DNA of 63,807 nucleotides, counting the filler, from Chiloscyllium plagiosum (lineage: Eukaryota), in NCBI RefSeq assembly GCF_004010195.1. It is 9 parts of one record of this genome, joined end to end, with 100 filler letters (N's around TTAATTAATTAA, not from the genome) between each part and the next. Parts side by side here need not be neighbours in the genome. Positions count along the whole stretch, not along the records: positions 1 to 2,981 come from NC_057710.1; positions 3,082 to 14,993 come from NC_057710.1; 7 more parts are not named here. One strand, 5' to 3'. A model generated the notes under the pieces. The model ran no database searches and was not told where the DNA came from. It saw only the letters and a program-made list of their open reading frames with translations. Each line of letters opens with the position of its first letter. Position 1 is the first letter of the stretch. The translations under genes and the position numbers were made by a program. Shown piece by piece: positions 1 to 13,114 of the stretch.

Positions 1-834
1 CATCACCCCAACGATTTAAATGTGTGTGTGTGTGCGTGCGCATGCACTTGAGAGTGAGTGTATATGAGTGTGACCGACATGATGTGGAAGTGTTATTGTG
101 TGATTATTGATCAAAATGGTAATTGTAGCAAGAAAACAGGACACTGCAAAAGGATGAGGAAGAAAGCACCCAGCTACATTCTCCATGCCAACATCTCCAC
201 CAATCAGAGTTCACTTACTGATGTCTCTCTCATGCAGTATGAATGGAGCTTTTCCTGGTGTTTTATTCTTAGTGTTTGTATCACTCCTTACTGGAAGAGT
301 GTATTGGAAATCAAGCTCCACTACTCCCACAACCCTTGCAAAAATAATGATTTGAAAAGTTACAAAATTGCTCCCCAGTTTATCTGATTATCGCAACCAC
401 TCTGAAAGAACGCACAGCAATGTTTTTATAGTAGACCAGAATTATTATTTATTACAAGTAATTACACTTAAGCCACTGAACAATCAGCATCATGGAATGT
501 GGGTGTTGCTTACTGGAGCAGCATTTATTACCCGTCCTAGTTGTCCTTGAGAAGTTGGTGATGAGCTGCCCTCATGAACTGCTGCAATCCTCCTGCTGTC
601 AGTCAGTGTGGCATTTTACAAATTCCTGCTTTTGGAACAAGACCTGCCTGATATTAAACTCAGACAGACTGTTAGGGAGAGATATCAAAGAGCAGTCTCA
701 AGTTCTGTGTTCAGAAGTACAATCGATCTTTATTTGAGCTCTTTACCACATTTGCGGGAGAGGCCAGAGACCACTCTGAATCTGGTCTTCATGAGGAGGT
801 CAATTACCCTCTTAATTCCAGCTCAGAACGGAAA

Positions 835-937
835 AGAGTCCTAGAGATGTACAGCACGGAAACAGACCCTTTGGTCCAACCTGTCCATGCCGACCAGATA
901 CCCAACCCAATCTAGTCCCACCTGCCAGCACCCGGCA
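835..937 (-). mobile_element. CR1 LINE 3' end fragment
   Basis: Reverse complement of the CR1 3' UTR seen at 8990-9070 and 13010-13110 (GGTCTGTTTCCGTGCTGTACATCTCTA..GACTC tail). Confidence 0.75.
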
Positions 938-1267
938 CCTCTGATTCCCCAGTGGGATACAGCATTTTTATACACTTCACATTACAATAATTACATGCAA
1001 CATTGTCATTGTACCTTCCCCCTTCACCCATACATCCAATCCTGTGAAACACCTGATCACTGATAGACAGCGATATGGACAGCCCTATGATGTTTACCAG
1101 ATATCGTATCATCGGGCCGTGGGATCTTAAAATGTATCCCACTAATTATACTCTCCTTCAGACAATTTCTAGACTTGCCTATCTCTAAGGGCTGCTCAAA
1201 TTCTGTTATTCATTGTATTTATTATTATATCTGTCAAATTCTATTACTCATCTTCTATTTCCCACTG

Positions 1268-1413
1268 GAGTCTAGATTAGAGAGGTGCTGGAAAAGCACA
1301 GCAGGTCAGGCAGCATCCGAGGAGCAGGAAAATCGACGTTTCGGGCAAAAGCCCTTTGTCAGGAATGGAGGCAGAGTGCCTGCAGGATGGAGAGATAAAT
1401 TGGGGGGGGTGGG
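1268..1413 (-). mobile_element. Penelope-like element terminal fragment (degenerate hammerhead core)
   Basis: GTGCTGGAAAAGCACAGCAGGTCAGGCAGCATCC...CGACGTTTCGGGCAAAAGCCC block, recurring about 15 times in the window. Confidence 0.65.
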
Positions 1414-1414
1414 G

Positions 1415-1690
1415 CTTTATATTTCCCACTGTCCTAATCGTAGGAGATACAAAGGGTAAATGTATGGCGCAGGCAGAAACCCAGAGAATACTACCTTTGA
1501 GGTCTTTATTTTCAACTTCCTAACTCCCTAAATTCACTGTTCATGACCTCATCCTTTTCCTAGCTAGGTCATTGGTACCAATGTGTACCATGGTGTCTGG
1601 CTGCTCACCCTCCCCTTTAAGAATGCCATAGGCTTGACCTGAGGCATCCCTGACCCTGGCACCCAGGAGGCAACATATCACCCAGGAGCC
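1415..1690 (-). mobile_element. CR1 ORF1 SGNH-esterase fragment
   Basis: Minus ORF 1541-1732 contains CLLGARVRD...GEQPDTMVHIGTNDL, the GxND esterase motif of CR1 ORF1. Confidence 0.7.
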
Positions 1691-2788
1691 AAAAGAGAAA
1701 ATGCTGGAAAATCTCAGCAGGTCTGGCAGCATCAGTAAGGAGAGAAAAAAGCTGACATTTCAAGTCTAACTGACCCTTTGTCAAAGCTTTGACCTGCTCA
1801 AAAGCCTATTGTAAATCCAAATAGATCATGCCCACTAACTCTCCTTTGTCTAACTTATACAATCATGGAATTCTTGTAGTACATTTGAGCCACCATGTCT
1901 GTCCCAGCACCTAAAAGTGACCCAGCTAGTCCAGCTCCAGCCCAATTTCTGTCACCTTCTAACTTCATCCCTTTCAAATATATACATACAGTTCTGTTTT
2001 GAAACCTCCGATGGAATCCCCCTCCCCCACTCTCCCAGGCAGCACATTCCAAATCCTAACAACTCTGAGTAAAGATGTTTCTCCTCATTCTTAAAAATCA
2101 GAAAAGGCAAGGGTCCGAATACCAATCCTTTGGGATTACCACTTCCAACTCGTCTCCAATCAGAGAAATGCCCATCTACACCTACCCTCTACTTCCTTTT
2201 TTTAGGAGCCAGCTTTGAATCCATGCTGCCAAGGACCCATCAATGCTAACCAACCTGCCATGTGGCACCATATCAATGCTTTCTGAAAGTCCAAATGTAC
2301 AATATCTACAGCACTCCCCTCGTCCACTGCCTGTGTTACCTTGTCAAAGAACTTCATTAAGTTTGTCAGACAAAACCTTCTTTTGACAAAATCATATTGA
2401 CTGTCTGATATTAACTTATTTTTCTATGACTGCATGTTTACCTTATCCCTACTATAGCCTCATCTGTTTTCCCGCTATTGATTGATTGTTGTCTTAATCC
2501 CACTCTTTCTGCCCATCTGCTGATCATAGAACAGAGAACATTACAGCGCAGTACAGGCCCTTTGGCCTTCGATGTTGCGCCGAACTGTGAAACCAATCTG
2601 AAGCCCATCTAACTTATACTATTCCATTCTAGTCCATATTCTTATCAAATGACTATTTTAATGCCCTTAAAGTTGGCGAGTCTACGACTGTTGCAGGCAG
2701 TGCATTCCATGTCCCTACTACTCCTTTCCATCCTTTCGATAGAATGTGTATCCTTGGATATTTAGTTGTCAGCCCTGATCCCCTTGCA

Positions 2789-2981
2789 GGAGAAAGTGAG
2801 GTCTGCAGATGCTGGAGATCAGAGCTGAAAATGTGTTGCTGGAGAAGCGCAGCAGGTCAGGCAGCATCCAGGGAACAGGAGAATCGACGTTTCAGGCATA
2901 AGCCCTTCTTCAGGAATGATTCCTGAAGAAGGGCTTATGCCCGAAAGGTCGATTCTCCTGTTCCCTGGATGCTGCCTGACC
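2789..2981. mobile_element. Penelope terminal fragment arranged as a fold-back (inverted) pair
   Basis: ...GCCCTTCTTCAGGAAT G ATTCCTGAAGAAGGGC...; the arms are reverse complements centred near 2918. Confidence 0.75.
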
Positions 2982-3025
2982 NNNNNNNNNNNNNNNNNNN
3001 NNNNNNNNNNNNNNNNNNNNNNNNN

Positions 3026-3037
3026 TTAATTAATTAA
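3026..3037. other. Artificial contig linker TTAATTAATTAA (also ~15038, 28505, 41980, 46357, 53866, 57819, 61966)
   Basis: Identical six-frame-stop 12-mer centred in N padding. Confidence 0.97.
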
Positions 3038-3081
3038 NNNNNNNNNNNNNNNNNNNNNNNNNNNNNNNNNNNNNNNNNNNN

Positions 3082-3380
3082 TCCAACCCTGGCAACATCC
3101 TTGTAAATCTTTTCTGAACCCTTTCAAGTTTCACAACCTCTTTCCGATAGGAAGGAGACCAGAATTGCACGCAATATTCCAACAGTGGCCTAACCAATGT
3201 CCTGTACAGCCTCAACATTACCTCCCAACTCCTGTACTCAATACTCTGACCAATAAAGGAAAGCATATCAAACACCTTCATCACTATCCTATCTACCTGC
3301 GACTCCACTTTCAAGGAGCTATGAACCTGCATTCCAAGGTCTCTTTGTTCAGCAACACTCCTTAGGACCTGGCCATTAAG
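3082..3380 (-). mobile_element. CR1 ORF2 C-terminal fragment
   Basis: [19 protein letters not shown]...[14 protein letters not shown]. Confidence 0.9.
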
Positions 3381-3599
3381 CTCTCACACACTTTAAATTT
3401 TTCCACAAATGTTTGCAGTTGAACTCACTCTGCCCCTTCCTCCTCACGATGTAGTTTAAAATCCATATCCACGGCCTTATTTATCTGATTTTACAGGACT
3501 CTGATTCAGGTGGTGCCTGTCCAAGTGAAACAGCTCTTTCCTTCCCCTGTTCTGGTATAAATGTCCCATGAATTTAAACCCATTTCCCCCACACTAATC

Positions 3600-4965
3600 A
3601 CCATCCCCCACACTAATCACCATCCCAAACCATTACCACCAAGCCAGGGGATCAACCCTGGTTCAATGGAGAGTGCAGGAGGGCATGCCAGGAGCAGCAT
3701 CAGGCAGACCTAAAAATGAGGTGTCAACCTGGTGAAGCTATCAAACAGGATTACTTGCGTGTCAAGCAGCATGAACAGCAAGTGATAGACAGAGCCAAGT
3801 GATCCGACAACCAATGAATCAATTTGAAACTCTGCAGTGCTGCCACATCCAGTCGTGAATGGTGTGGGTAATTAAACAACTCACTCCATAAATATCCTCA
3901 TCCTCAATGATGGAGGAGCCCAGCACAGATAAGGCTGACACATTCACAACAATCTTCAGTCAGAAGTACTGAGTGGATGATCCATCTCGGCCTCCTCCAG
4001 TGGTCCCCAGCAGCACAGGTACCAGTCTTCAGCCAATTCAATTCACTTCACGTAATATCCTAGAAACAGCTGGAAACACTGGATACTGCGAAGGAAATGG
4101 GCCCTGATAACATTCCGGTAATAGTACTGAGAATTTATGCTCCAGAACTTGCCGCTCCCCGAGCCAAGCTGTTTTAGTACAACTGGCATCTACCCAACAA
4201 TGTGGAAAATTGCCCAGATATATCTTGTATAGGAAAAGCAGGACAAACCACACCAAACAATTCCCGTCCCATCAGTCTACTCTCTGTCATCAGTGAAGTG
4301 ATGGAAGGGGTCATCAACAGAGCTATCAAGCAGCACCTGCTCAGTGATGCCCAGTTTGGGTTCCACCGGGGCTATTCACCCCCTGATCTCATTCCAGCCT
4401 TGGTTCAAATATGGTCAAAGGAGCTGAATTCTAGACGGGAGGGAAGAGTGATAGCCCTTGACATCAAGGCTGCATTTGACTGAGTATTGGCATCAAGTAG
4501 CCCGCGCAAAACTGGAATCAATGGGTATCAGGAGGCAAACTCTCTGGTGGTTTGAATCAAATCTGATACATAGGAAGATGGTTGTAGTTGTGGTGGGTCA
4601 GTCATCTCAGCTCCAGGACATCTCTGCAGGAGTTCCTCAGGATAGTATCCTAGGCCCAACCATCTTCAGCTTCTTCATCAATGACCTTCCCTCTGTCATA
4701 AGGTCAGAAGTGGGGATGTTCACTGATGATTGCACGGTGTTCAGCACCATTCATGACTCCTCATTTACTGAAGCAGACCATGTCCAAATGCAACAAGATC
4801 AGGACGATATCTAGAGTTAGGTTGAAAAGTGGCAAGTAACATTTGCACCACAAATGCCAGGCTATGACCACCAACAGGACTCACCACAAGAGAAAGCCAG
4901 AGGCTAGGAATACTGCGGGAGTAACTCAGCTCCTCCCTTCCTATAGCCTGTCCACCATCTACAAG
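3600..4965 (+). mobile_element. Decayed CR1/L2-superfamily LINE ORF2 (second family), RT region
   Basis: RPISLLSVISEVME, QFGF, ALDIKAAFD, GVPQDSILGP..F..FINDLP, FTDD motifs split over frameshifted ORFs. Confidence 0.8.
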
Positions 4966-5538
4966 GTTCTGGATCAGTGGTGCTGGAAGAGCACAGCAAT
5001 TCAGGCAGCATCCGAGGACAGGCAAAATCGACGTTTCGGGCAAAAGCCCTTCATCAGGAATAAAGGCAGAGAGCCTGAAGCGTGGAGAGATAAGCTACCC
5101 TCTCAGGCAACATGTTCCATATTTGACCCATCCCCTGGGTAATTTGCTTTTCCATCAGATCCTCGCGAAATGCTTCATTTTTCACTTTAACCTTAATTCA
5201 ATTGGTCTAAGACATGCCTACATCGCGGAAGTATTTATCACAATCGGCCCAGTCTATATCACTCACCATTATGTCTGCATCAATTGCCCCCTTAGCCTCT
5301 TCTGCTCCACAGACCCCAAACAAAAGTTAACTTTTTGCTGAGACCTCTCACTTCAGGGAACATCCCGTGAAACCTCTCTGCAATCTCTGCAGTGCAATTG
5401 TTCCCTGCCGATTTTGTAGCGATTGGACCCGCGCAGACTGTGGACTAACCATATCTTTCTTTAGAGTCTGCAACAATACTTCCTTCCTCCTATATTCCAC
5501 CCTGTGGCTGATGATTATGCTTCCTTACGAACTTGCAG

Positions 5539-5771
5539 ATGCAAGGACTACTGGGTTTTCAGTTCAGTACAACAGTGAACCTTTCATCGTTTTAAGTAAA
5601 GGTCCTGCTGAGAGCCCTGTCATTGACGGTGCCAGGAATCTTCACTGCCAAAACAAAACTTTCCTGAGCATAACGCACCGCCTTTCCCCCGGTACCTCCC
5701 GCTATATGCCTCATCATTAGAGCAGATGCGATCGGGAGGTAAGCTAAGAGAATGGAAGAGAGTCCATTCAG
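5539..5771 (+). pseudogene. Candidate ADAM-like exon 2 (start of prodomain) with two in-frame stops
   Basis: ttgcag acceptor and CAG|gtagga donor; 233 nt, phase 1 to 0, compatible with the phase-0 exon at 12397; ends SRYMPHH*SRCDREVS*ENGRESIQ. Homology is weak. Confidence 0.3.
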
Positions 5772-6159
5772 GTAGGATACTGTGACGATGCATAATAAAT
5801 GTAACAGTGGAAATTGAAAGNNNNNNNNNNNNNNNNNNNNNNNNNNNNNNNNNNNNNNNNNNNNNNNNNNNNNNNNNNNNNNNNNNNNNNNNNNNNNNNN
5901 NNNNNNNNNNNNNNNNNNNNNNNNNNNNNNNNNNNNNNNNNNNNNNNNNNNNNNNNNNNNNNNNNNNNNNNNNNNNNNNNNNNNNNNNNNNNNNNNNNNN
6001 NNNNNNNNNNNNNNNNNNNNNNNNNNNNNNNNNNNNNNNNNNNNNNNNNNNNNNNNNNNNNNNNNNNNNNNNNNNNNNNNNNNNNNNNNNNNNNNNNNNN
6101 NNNNNNNNNNNNNNNNNNNNNNNNNNNNNNNNNNNNNNNNNNNNNNNNNNNNNNNNNNA

Positions 6160-6357
6160 CGGAAGATCAACTGCTCTACGTAGCCAACAAAGAGACAGGC
6201 ATAGCTGGGGCCCATACGTGTGCCCATGGCTACCCCTTTGGTCTGGAGGAAGTGGGAGGATTCAAAGGAGAAATTGTTAAGGGTGAGGACCAGTTCGGCC
6301 AAACGAATGAGAGTGTCGGTGGAAGGGTACTGTTGGGAACGTCTGGAGAGGAAAAAC
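6160..6357 (-). mobile_element. Penelope-like element RT fragment
   Basis: LVLTLNNFSF...QTKGVAMGTRMGPSYACLFVG, the Penelope RT G.AMG...P motif. Confidence 0.85.
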
Positions 6358-7115
6358 GGACCATCTACAAGGCACAAGTCAGGAGTGTGATGGAATATTT
6401 CCCACTTGCCTGGATGAGTACAGCTCCAAAAACACTCAAGGAGCTTGACAACATCCAGAACAAAGCAGCGCACTTGATGGGCATCACATCCACAAGCATA
6501 CACTCCCTTCACCACCGACGCTCAGTAGCAGCGGTGTGTACTGTTTACAAGATGCACTACAGAGATTCACCACAGATTCTCAGAGAGCACCTTCCAAACC
6601 CACAGGTACTTCCAGCTAGAAGGACAATGGCAACAGATAGATGGGAACACCATCACTTTCAAGCTCCCCTCCAAATGACTCACCACCCTGACTTGGAAAT
6701 ATGTTGCCATTTCTTCACTGTCACTGGGTTAGGATATTGGAATTCTCTGCTAAGGGCATTGTGGATTAGGCAGCATCCGAGGAGAAGGAAAATCGATGTT
6801 TCGGGCAAAAGCCCTTCGTCAGGAATGGAGGCAGGGAGCCTTCATCAGGGCTTTTGCCCGAAACGTCAATTTTCCTGCTTCTCGGATGCTGCCTGACCTG
6901 CTGTGCTTTTCCAGCACCACTCTGATCTAGACTCTAGTTTCCAGCATCTGCAGTCCTCACGTTTGCCCAAGGGCATTGTGGGTCAACCCACAGCAAGTGG
7001 ACTGCAGCAACTCAAGAAGGCAGCACACCACACCTTCTCAAGGGCAATGAGGGATCAACAATAAATGCTGGGCACAGCCAGGATGCCCACATCCCACAAA
7101 ATCAATAATTTAAAA
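6358..7115 (+). mobile_element. LINE 3' part (second CR1/L2-type family) interrupted by a Penelope terminus at 6765-6968
   Basis: TIYKAQVRSVMEY...LDNIQNKAA; the insertion is flanked by a 13-bp duplication AAGGGCATTGTGG (6752-6764, 6969-6981). Confidence 0.75.
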
Positions 7116-7544
7116 AATGTTTTAGTCACGCATTTACCTGTTTAATGGTATCTGTTTCTCCCATCTTCTCTTGCAACACATTCCAGGCACCTCTGTGTAA
7201 AGAAACCAAGCTTGTACATCTCCTTTAAACTTTCCTCCATCACCTTAAACCTATCCCCTCAGGATTTGACATGTCTACTCTGGGAAAGAGACTCTGACTA
7301 TCCACCTATCCATGCCTCTCATAATTATATATACTTCTATCAGGTCATCCCTCAGCCTTTGACGCTCTGGCAAAATCAATCTCAACTTTACTAATCTAAT
7401 ATACTCCAATCCAGGTAATATCCTGATAAAGTTCTTTTGCATCCTTTCCAAAGTCTCTTCCAAAAGTGTGGGAATGAAAACTGCACACAATATTCCAAAC
7501 GTGGCCTAACAAACGTTTCATGCAGCTGCAACATGACTTGCCAA

Positions 7545-7961
7545 ATTTTCTACTCAATTCCCTGGCTGATGAAGGCAAGCTTTGATTTGATATGATCTAT
7601 TGTATCACTGGTCACAGGCCTCCAGTCTGAAAAACAACCCTCCACCACCACCCTCTGTCTTCTACCTTTGAACCAGTTCTGTATCCAAATGGCTAATTCT
7701 CCCTGTATTCCATGAGATCTAACTTTGCTAACCAGTCTCCCATGGGGAACTTTGTCGAACGCCTTACTGAAGTCCATATAGATCACATCTACTGCTCTGC
7801 CCTCATCAATCTTCTTTGTTACTTCTTCAAAAAACTCAATCAAGTTTGTGAGACATGATTTCCCACGCACAAAGCCATGTTGACTATCCCGAATCAGTCC
7901 TTGCCTTTCCAAATACATGTACATCCTGTCCCTCAGGATCCCCTCCAACAACTTGCCCACC
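7545..7961 (-). mobile_element. CR1 RT fragment
   Basis: SQHGFVRGKSCLTNL...VDVIYMDFSKAFDKVPH. Confidence 0.9.
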
Positions 7962-8063
7962 ACAGTTTGCTGTCATAATTTTATTTTATTCTTTTCCTCT
8001 AATGCTTTTAGTGTTTTTTTTTGTACATAGGTGAATCTGTAACTGCAGCAGAATCTATGCAAG

Positions 8064-9617
8064 AAGGTAGAAGACAGAGGGTGGTGGTGGAGGGTTGTTT
8101 TTCAGACTGGAGGCCTGTGACCAGTGGATTGCCACAAGGATCGGTGCTGGGTCCTCTACTTTTTGTCATTTACACAAATGATTTGGATGTGAGAATAAGA
8201 GGTACAGTTGGTAAGTTTGCAGATGACACCAAAATTGGAGGTGTAGTGNNNNNNNNNNNNNNNNNNNNNNNNNNNNNNNNNNNNNNNNNNNNNNNNNNNN
8301 NNNNNNNNNNNNNNNNNNNNNNNNNNNNNNNNNNNNNNNNNNNNNNNNNNNNNNNNNNNNNNNNNNNNNNNNNNNNNNNNNNNNNNNNNNNNNNNNNNNN
8401 NNNNNNNNNNNNNNNNNNNNNNNNNNNNNNNNNNNNNNNNNNNNNNNNNNNNNNNNNNNNNNNNNNNNNNNNNNNNNNNNNNNNNNNNNNNNNNNNNNNN
8501 NNNNNNNNNNNNNNNNNNNNNNNNNNNNNNNNNNNNNNNNNNNNNNNNNNNNNNNNNNNNNNNNNNNNNNNNNNNNNNNNNNNNNNNNNNNNNNNNNNNN
8601 NNNNNNNNNNNNNNNNNNNNNNNNNNNNNNNNNNNNNNNNNNNNNNNNNNNNNNNNNNNNNNNNNNNNNNNNNNNNNNNNNNNNNNNNNNNNNNGCTGAG
8701 AGGTAACCTTGTAGAGGTTTACAAAATTATGAGGGACATGGATAGGATAAATAGACAAAGTCTTTTCCCTGGGGTCGGGGAGTCCAGAACTAGAGGACTT
8801 GGGTTTAGGGTGAGAGGGGATAGATATAAAAGAGACCTAAGGGGCAACTTTTTCACGCAGAGGGTGGTACGTGTATGGAATGAGCTGCCAGAGGAAGTGG
8901 TGGATGGTGGTACAATTGCAATATTTAAGAGGCATTTGGATGGGTATATGAATAGGAAAGGTTTGGAGGGATATGGGCCGGGTGCGACTAGATTGGGTTG
9001 GGATACCTGGTCAGCATGGGCGGGTTGGACCGAAGGGTCTGATTCCGTGCTGTACATCTCTATGACTCTATAATTCTAGGAGCAAAGAACAATGCAGCAC
9101 AGGAACAGGCCCTTCAGCCCTCCAAGCCTGTGCTGACACATTTTGCACTTCCATTCTAAAACTGTCTTCACTTACACAATCTGTAGGGAAAGGTTGAATA
9201 GGCTGAGGCTGTTTTCCCTGGAGTGTCAGAGGCTGAGGGGTGACCTTATAGAGGTTTATAAAATCATGAGGGGCATGGATAGGATAAATAGATAAAGTCT
9301 TTTCCCTCGGGTGGGGGAGTCCAGAACTAGAGGGCATAGGTTTAGTGTGAGAGGGGAAAGATATAAAAGAGACCTAAGGGGCAACTTTTTCACAGAGAGG
9401 GTGGTGTATGGAATGAGCTGCCAGAGGAAGTAGTGGAGACTGGTGCAATTACAGCATTTAAAAGTCATCTGGATGGGTATATGAATAGGAAGGGTTCGGA
9501 GGGATATGGACCAGGTGCTGGGAAGTGGGAGTAGGTTAGGTTAGGATATCAGGTCGGCATGGACGGTTTGGACTGTAGGGTCCTTTTCTGTGCTGTACAT
9601 GTCTATGATTCTATGAC
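8064..9617 (+). mobile_element. Two tandem CR1 3' portions (8064-9070 with gap; 9184-9617)
   Basis: [49 protein letters not shown] tails. Confidence 0.9.
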
Positions 9618-10329
9618 TATAAATACTTGGAGTGTTCCATAGCAACAAGGCCAGTCCCATTCTTTGCAATGCCAGGAACAGCTATCAACTCTATATATAA
9701 TGACACTTGTGTTTGTGCAACAAGGGTCTACACACAGCTTAATGAGCCACACTCAATGGTGACCATCAGGATGAGGACAACATTGGGTATGTTCTTCCCT
9801 TCTTTATCCAGAGTTTTGGACGTGGAAGTCTCTGTTGACCTGGTCTATCTTAGACTTCCAGGTGAAATGGAAGATGGCCCAGATGACTGAAACAGCATAG
9901 TTTTGGGGGATGGGCCAGGACTGTACTATGTACAACACCTGCTGATCAGCTTTTTACCCACAATGCAGAGGGAACAGCACTCCCAAAGGATCAGTTTCTG
10001 CTTCACCTTGGTGATGTGCACCTCCTAGGATTTTGTGTATGCCCAGGCCCCTCTGAACCATACTCCCAGCACCTTCAGGTAATCCAAAGGATCAGTTGAC
10101 CCAGTTCCCAAAGAACATGGCCTTGCTCTTGTCTTGATTTACCTTGGTTCCTAAGGCCAGTTTGCGCTGGACATAGATGCTCATGAAGTCCATTCCCAGA
10201 ATGTAAACAAGCTATGTCACAGCACCCTCTGGTTATAATTATTTGAAGGATCTTAATTAAACCTACCATTAGTATTGCAACAGGATGATTAAGTAATTCA
10301 AGAGTGATTCGCTAATTCATATAATGCCT

Positions 10330-10625
10330 ATAGTGCCAAACCAGGCCATTTGGCCCAACAAAATCCACACTGACTCTCCAGACAGACTCACCCCCCTACC
10401 CTATACCTTTCACCTTGCACGTTCCATGGCTAATCCACCTAACCTGCACGTCCCTGCACACTATGGAAATCCACTTAACCTGCACATATTTGAAGTGTGG
10501 GAGGAAACTCATGCAAACAGGGGGAAAATGTGCGAATTCCAAACAGGCAGGTGCCTGAGGCTGGAATTGAACTCAGGCCCCTGGTGCTGTGAGGAAGTAG
10601 AGCTAATTTCTGAGCCACCATGCCA
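10330..10625 (-). mobile_element. Decayed HE1-type SINE
   Basis: Diverged reverse-complement match to the SINE at 28562-28897. Confidence 0.6.
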
Positions 10626-10994
10626 CATTAATTAAACATAGTATGAGATGTTCTTATCTATGTCCCATGCATAAAAAAACTGCAGCTGCATATTCTATGT
10701 TAGTTCTGTTACCTTGGATCTACAGAGGTACTATTGTTCTTCCTCTGAAGACTGCATTAATCAAATATTTTCCCAAGCTCTCCAACTACTGTCAGCCATG
10801 TTCTGCAGCATTAGCCATGGGCAGCCATTCGCCATTTTGTGTTGCTCAGTCATGGGCATCCCTAACAGGCCGAATAGCTTCTTTCTGCACTACCTCATGA
10901 TCCTTTGGTCAGTACAGGAGAAAGTTATATCTTTGGTGGAGGTCCTCATAGTGGAGGCAATCAAGTATTTAAAGATGCCTATTTCAAAGGAATG

Positions 10995-12335
10995 CGCATT
11001 AAAGGTGGATAAACCCCCAGGACCTGATCAGATGTACCCGAGAACTCTGTGGGAAGCTAGAGAAGTGATTGCTGGGCCTCTTGCTGAGATATTTGAGGTA
11101 TCATCGATAGTCACAGGTGAGATGCCGGAAGTCTGGAGGTTGGCTAACGTGGTGCCAACGTGGTGCCACTGTTTAAGAGGGGTGGTAAGGACAAGCCAGG
11201 GAACTATAGACTGGTGAGCCTGAAATCGGTGGTGGGCAAGTTGTTGGAGAGAATCCTGAGGGACAGGATGTACATGTATTTGGAAAGATAAGGGCTGATT
11301 TGGGATAGTCAACATGGCTTTGTGCGTGGGAAATGATGTCTCACAAACTTGATTGAGTTTTTTGAGGAAGTGACAAAGAAGATTGAGGGCAGAGCAGTAG
11401 GTGTGATCTATATGGACTTCAGTAAGATTTTTGACAACATTCCCTATGAGAGACTGGTTAGCAAGGTTAGATCTCATGGAATACAGGGAGAACTAGCCAT
11501 TTGGAACTTTGTTTCAAGGTAGAAGACAGCGGGTGGTATTAGAGAGTTGTTTTTCAGACTGGAGGCCTGTGTCCAGTGGAGTGCCACAAGGATCGGTGCT
11601 GGGCCCTCTCCTTTTCGTCATTTATATAAATGATTTGGATGTGAGCATAAGAGGAATAGTTAACACCAAAATTGGAGGTGTAGTGGACAGCGAAGAGGGT
11701 TACCTCAGATTACAACAGGATCTGGACCAGATGGGCCAATGGGCTGAGAAGTGGCAGATGGAGTTTAATTCAGATAAATGTGAGGTGCTGCATTTTGGGA
11801 AAGCAAATCTNNNNNNNNNNNNNNNNNNNNNNNNNNNNNNNNNNNNNNNNNNNNNNNNNNNNNNNNNNNNNNNNNNNNNNNNNNNNNNNNNNNNNNNNNN
11901 NNNNNNNNNNNNNNNNNNNNNNNNNNNNNNNNNNNNNNNNNNNNNNNNNNNNNNNNNNNNNNNNNNNNNNNNNNNNNNNNNNNNNNNNNNNNNNNNNNNN
12001 NNNNNNNNNNNNNNNNNNNNNNNNNNNNNNNNNNNNNNNNNNNNNNNNNNNNNNNNNNNNNNNNNNNNNNNNNNNNNNNNNNNNNNNNNNNNNNNNNNNN
12101 NNNNNNNNNNNNNNNNNNNNCAGAGGGTGGTACGTGTATGGAATGAGCTGCCAGAGGATGTGGTGGAGGCTGGAACAATTGCAACACTTAAAAGGCATCT
12201 GTATATGAATAGGAAGGGTTTGGAGGGACATGGGCCGGGTATTGGCAGGTGGGACTAGATTGGGTTGGGATATCTGATCAGCATGAACGAGATGGATCGA
12301 AGGGTCTGTTTCTGTGCTGTACATCTCTATGACTG
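10995..12335 (+). mobile_element. CR1 ORF2 (RT) and 3' UTR, gapped
   Basis: [41 protein letters not shown]1 tail. Confidence 0.9.
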
Positions 12336-12396
12336 TGTGTAGGGACTATCAGTGAGTGCCTGTCTAATTTTGATGAATTCTTTTCTCCCTGCACAG

Positions 12397-12473
12397 GTGT
12401 GGTATCCAAATCACATCAGGATCTCTGTGACTCTGGAGGGAAAGGATTTAATACTGGACCTTGAGCAGAATAG
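12397..12473 (+). CDS. Host exon: ADAM-family prodomain (Pep_M12B_propep), VWYPNHIRISVTLEGKDLILDLEQN(R)
   Basis: Polypyrimidine tract plus cacag acceptor, AG|gtgtgt donor, 77 nt, phase 0 to 2; G...L.LE.N motif typical of ADAM prodomains; joins in frame to 20813. Confidence 0.8.
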
Positions 12474-12629
12474 GTGTGTGAGTATTTCATTGCAGAAGAG
12501 AGAATTCTGGGTTTCTGTTAAACTCTCCCTGACCAATCTGTGCATGGAGTCAGACCACACTGTTTCAATTCAATCAAGGGTTTCTCAGTCTCCAATGGAC
12601 AACCAATCACAAAACAAATCCTCCAACCC

Positions 12630-13112
12630 TGTAAAGATTTACAAAGATTTTGCCAGGGTTGGAGGACTTGAGCTACAGGGAGAGGTTGAACAGGCAGGGG
12701 CTGTTTTCCCTGGAGTGTCGGAGGCTGAGGGGTGACCTTTTATAGGTTTATAAAATCATGAGGGGCATGGCTAAGGGAAATAGATAAGGTATTTTCACTG
12801 GGGTGGGGGAGTCCAGAACTAGAGGGCATAGGCTTAGGGTGAGAGGGGAAAGATATAAAAGAGACCTAAGAGGCAAATGTTTCACTCAGAGGGTGGTACG
12901 TGTATGGAATGAGCTGCCAGAGGATGTGGTGGAGGCTGGTACAATTGCAACATTTAAGAGGCATTTGGATGGGTATATGAATAGGAAGGGTTTGGAGGGA
13001 TATGGGATGGGTGCTGGCAGGTGGGACTAGTTTGGGTTGGGATATCTGGTCGGCATGGACCGGTTGGACCGGAGGGTCTGTTTCCATGCTGTACATCTCT
13101 ATAACTCTATGA
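12630..13112 (+). mobile_element. CR1 3' fragment
   Basis: SRTRGHRLRVRGERYKRDLRG..FTQRVVRVWNELP plus tail. Confidence 0.9.
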
Positions 13113-13114
13113 CA

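Noticed and set aside
3026..3037. Recurrent palindromic TTAATTAATTAA motif
   Set aside because: Always centred in N padding; an artificial six-frame-stop contig linker.
5592..6896. Long ORFs of 300-360 aa (also 8021-9073, 17177-18193, 22618-23547)
   Set aside because: Length comes from N runs joining unrelated fragments.
12352..12735. 127-aa ORF as a single-exon gene
   Set aside because: Only 12397-12473 is bounded by splice sites and ADAM-like; the rest is intron and CR1.
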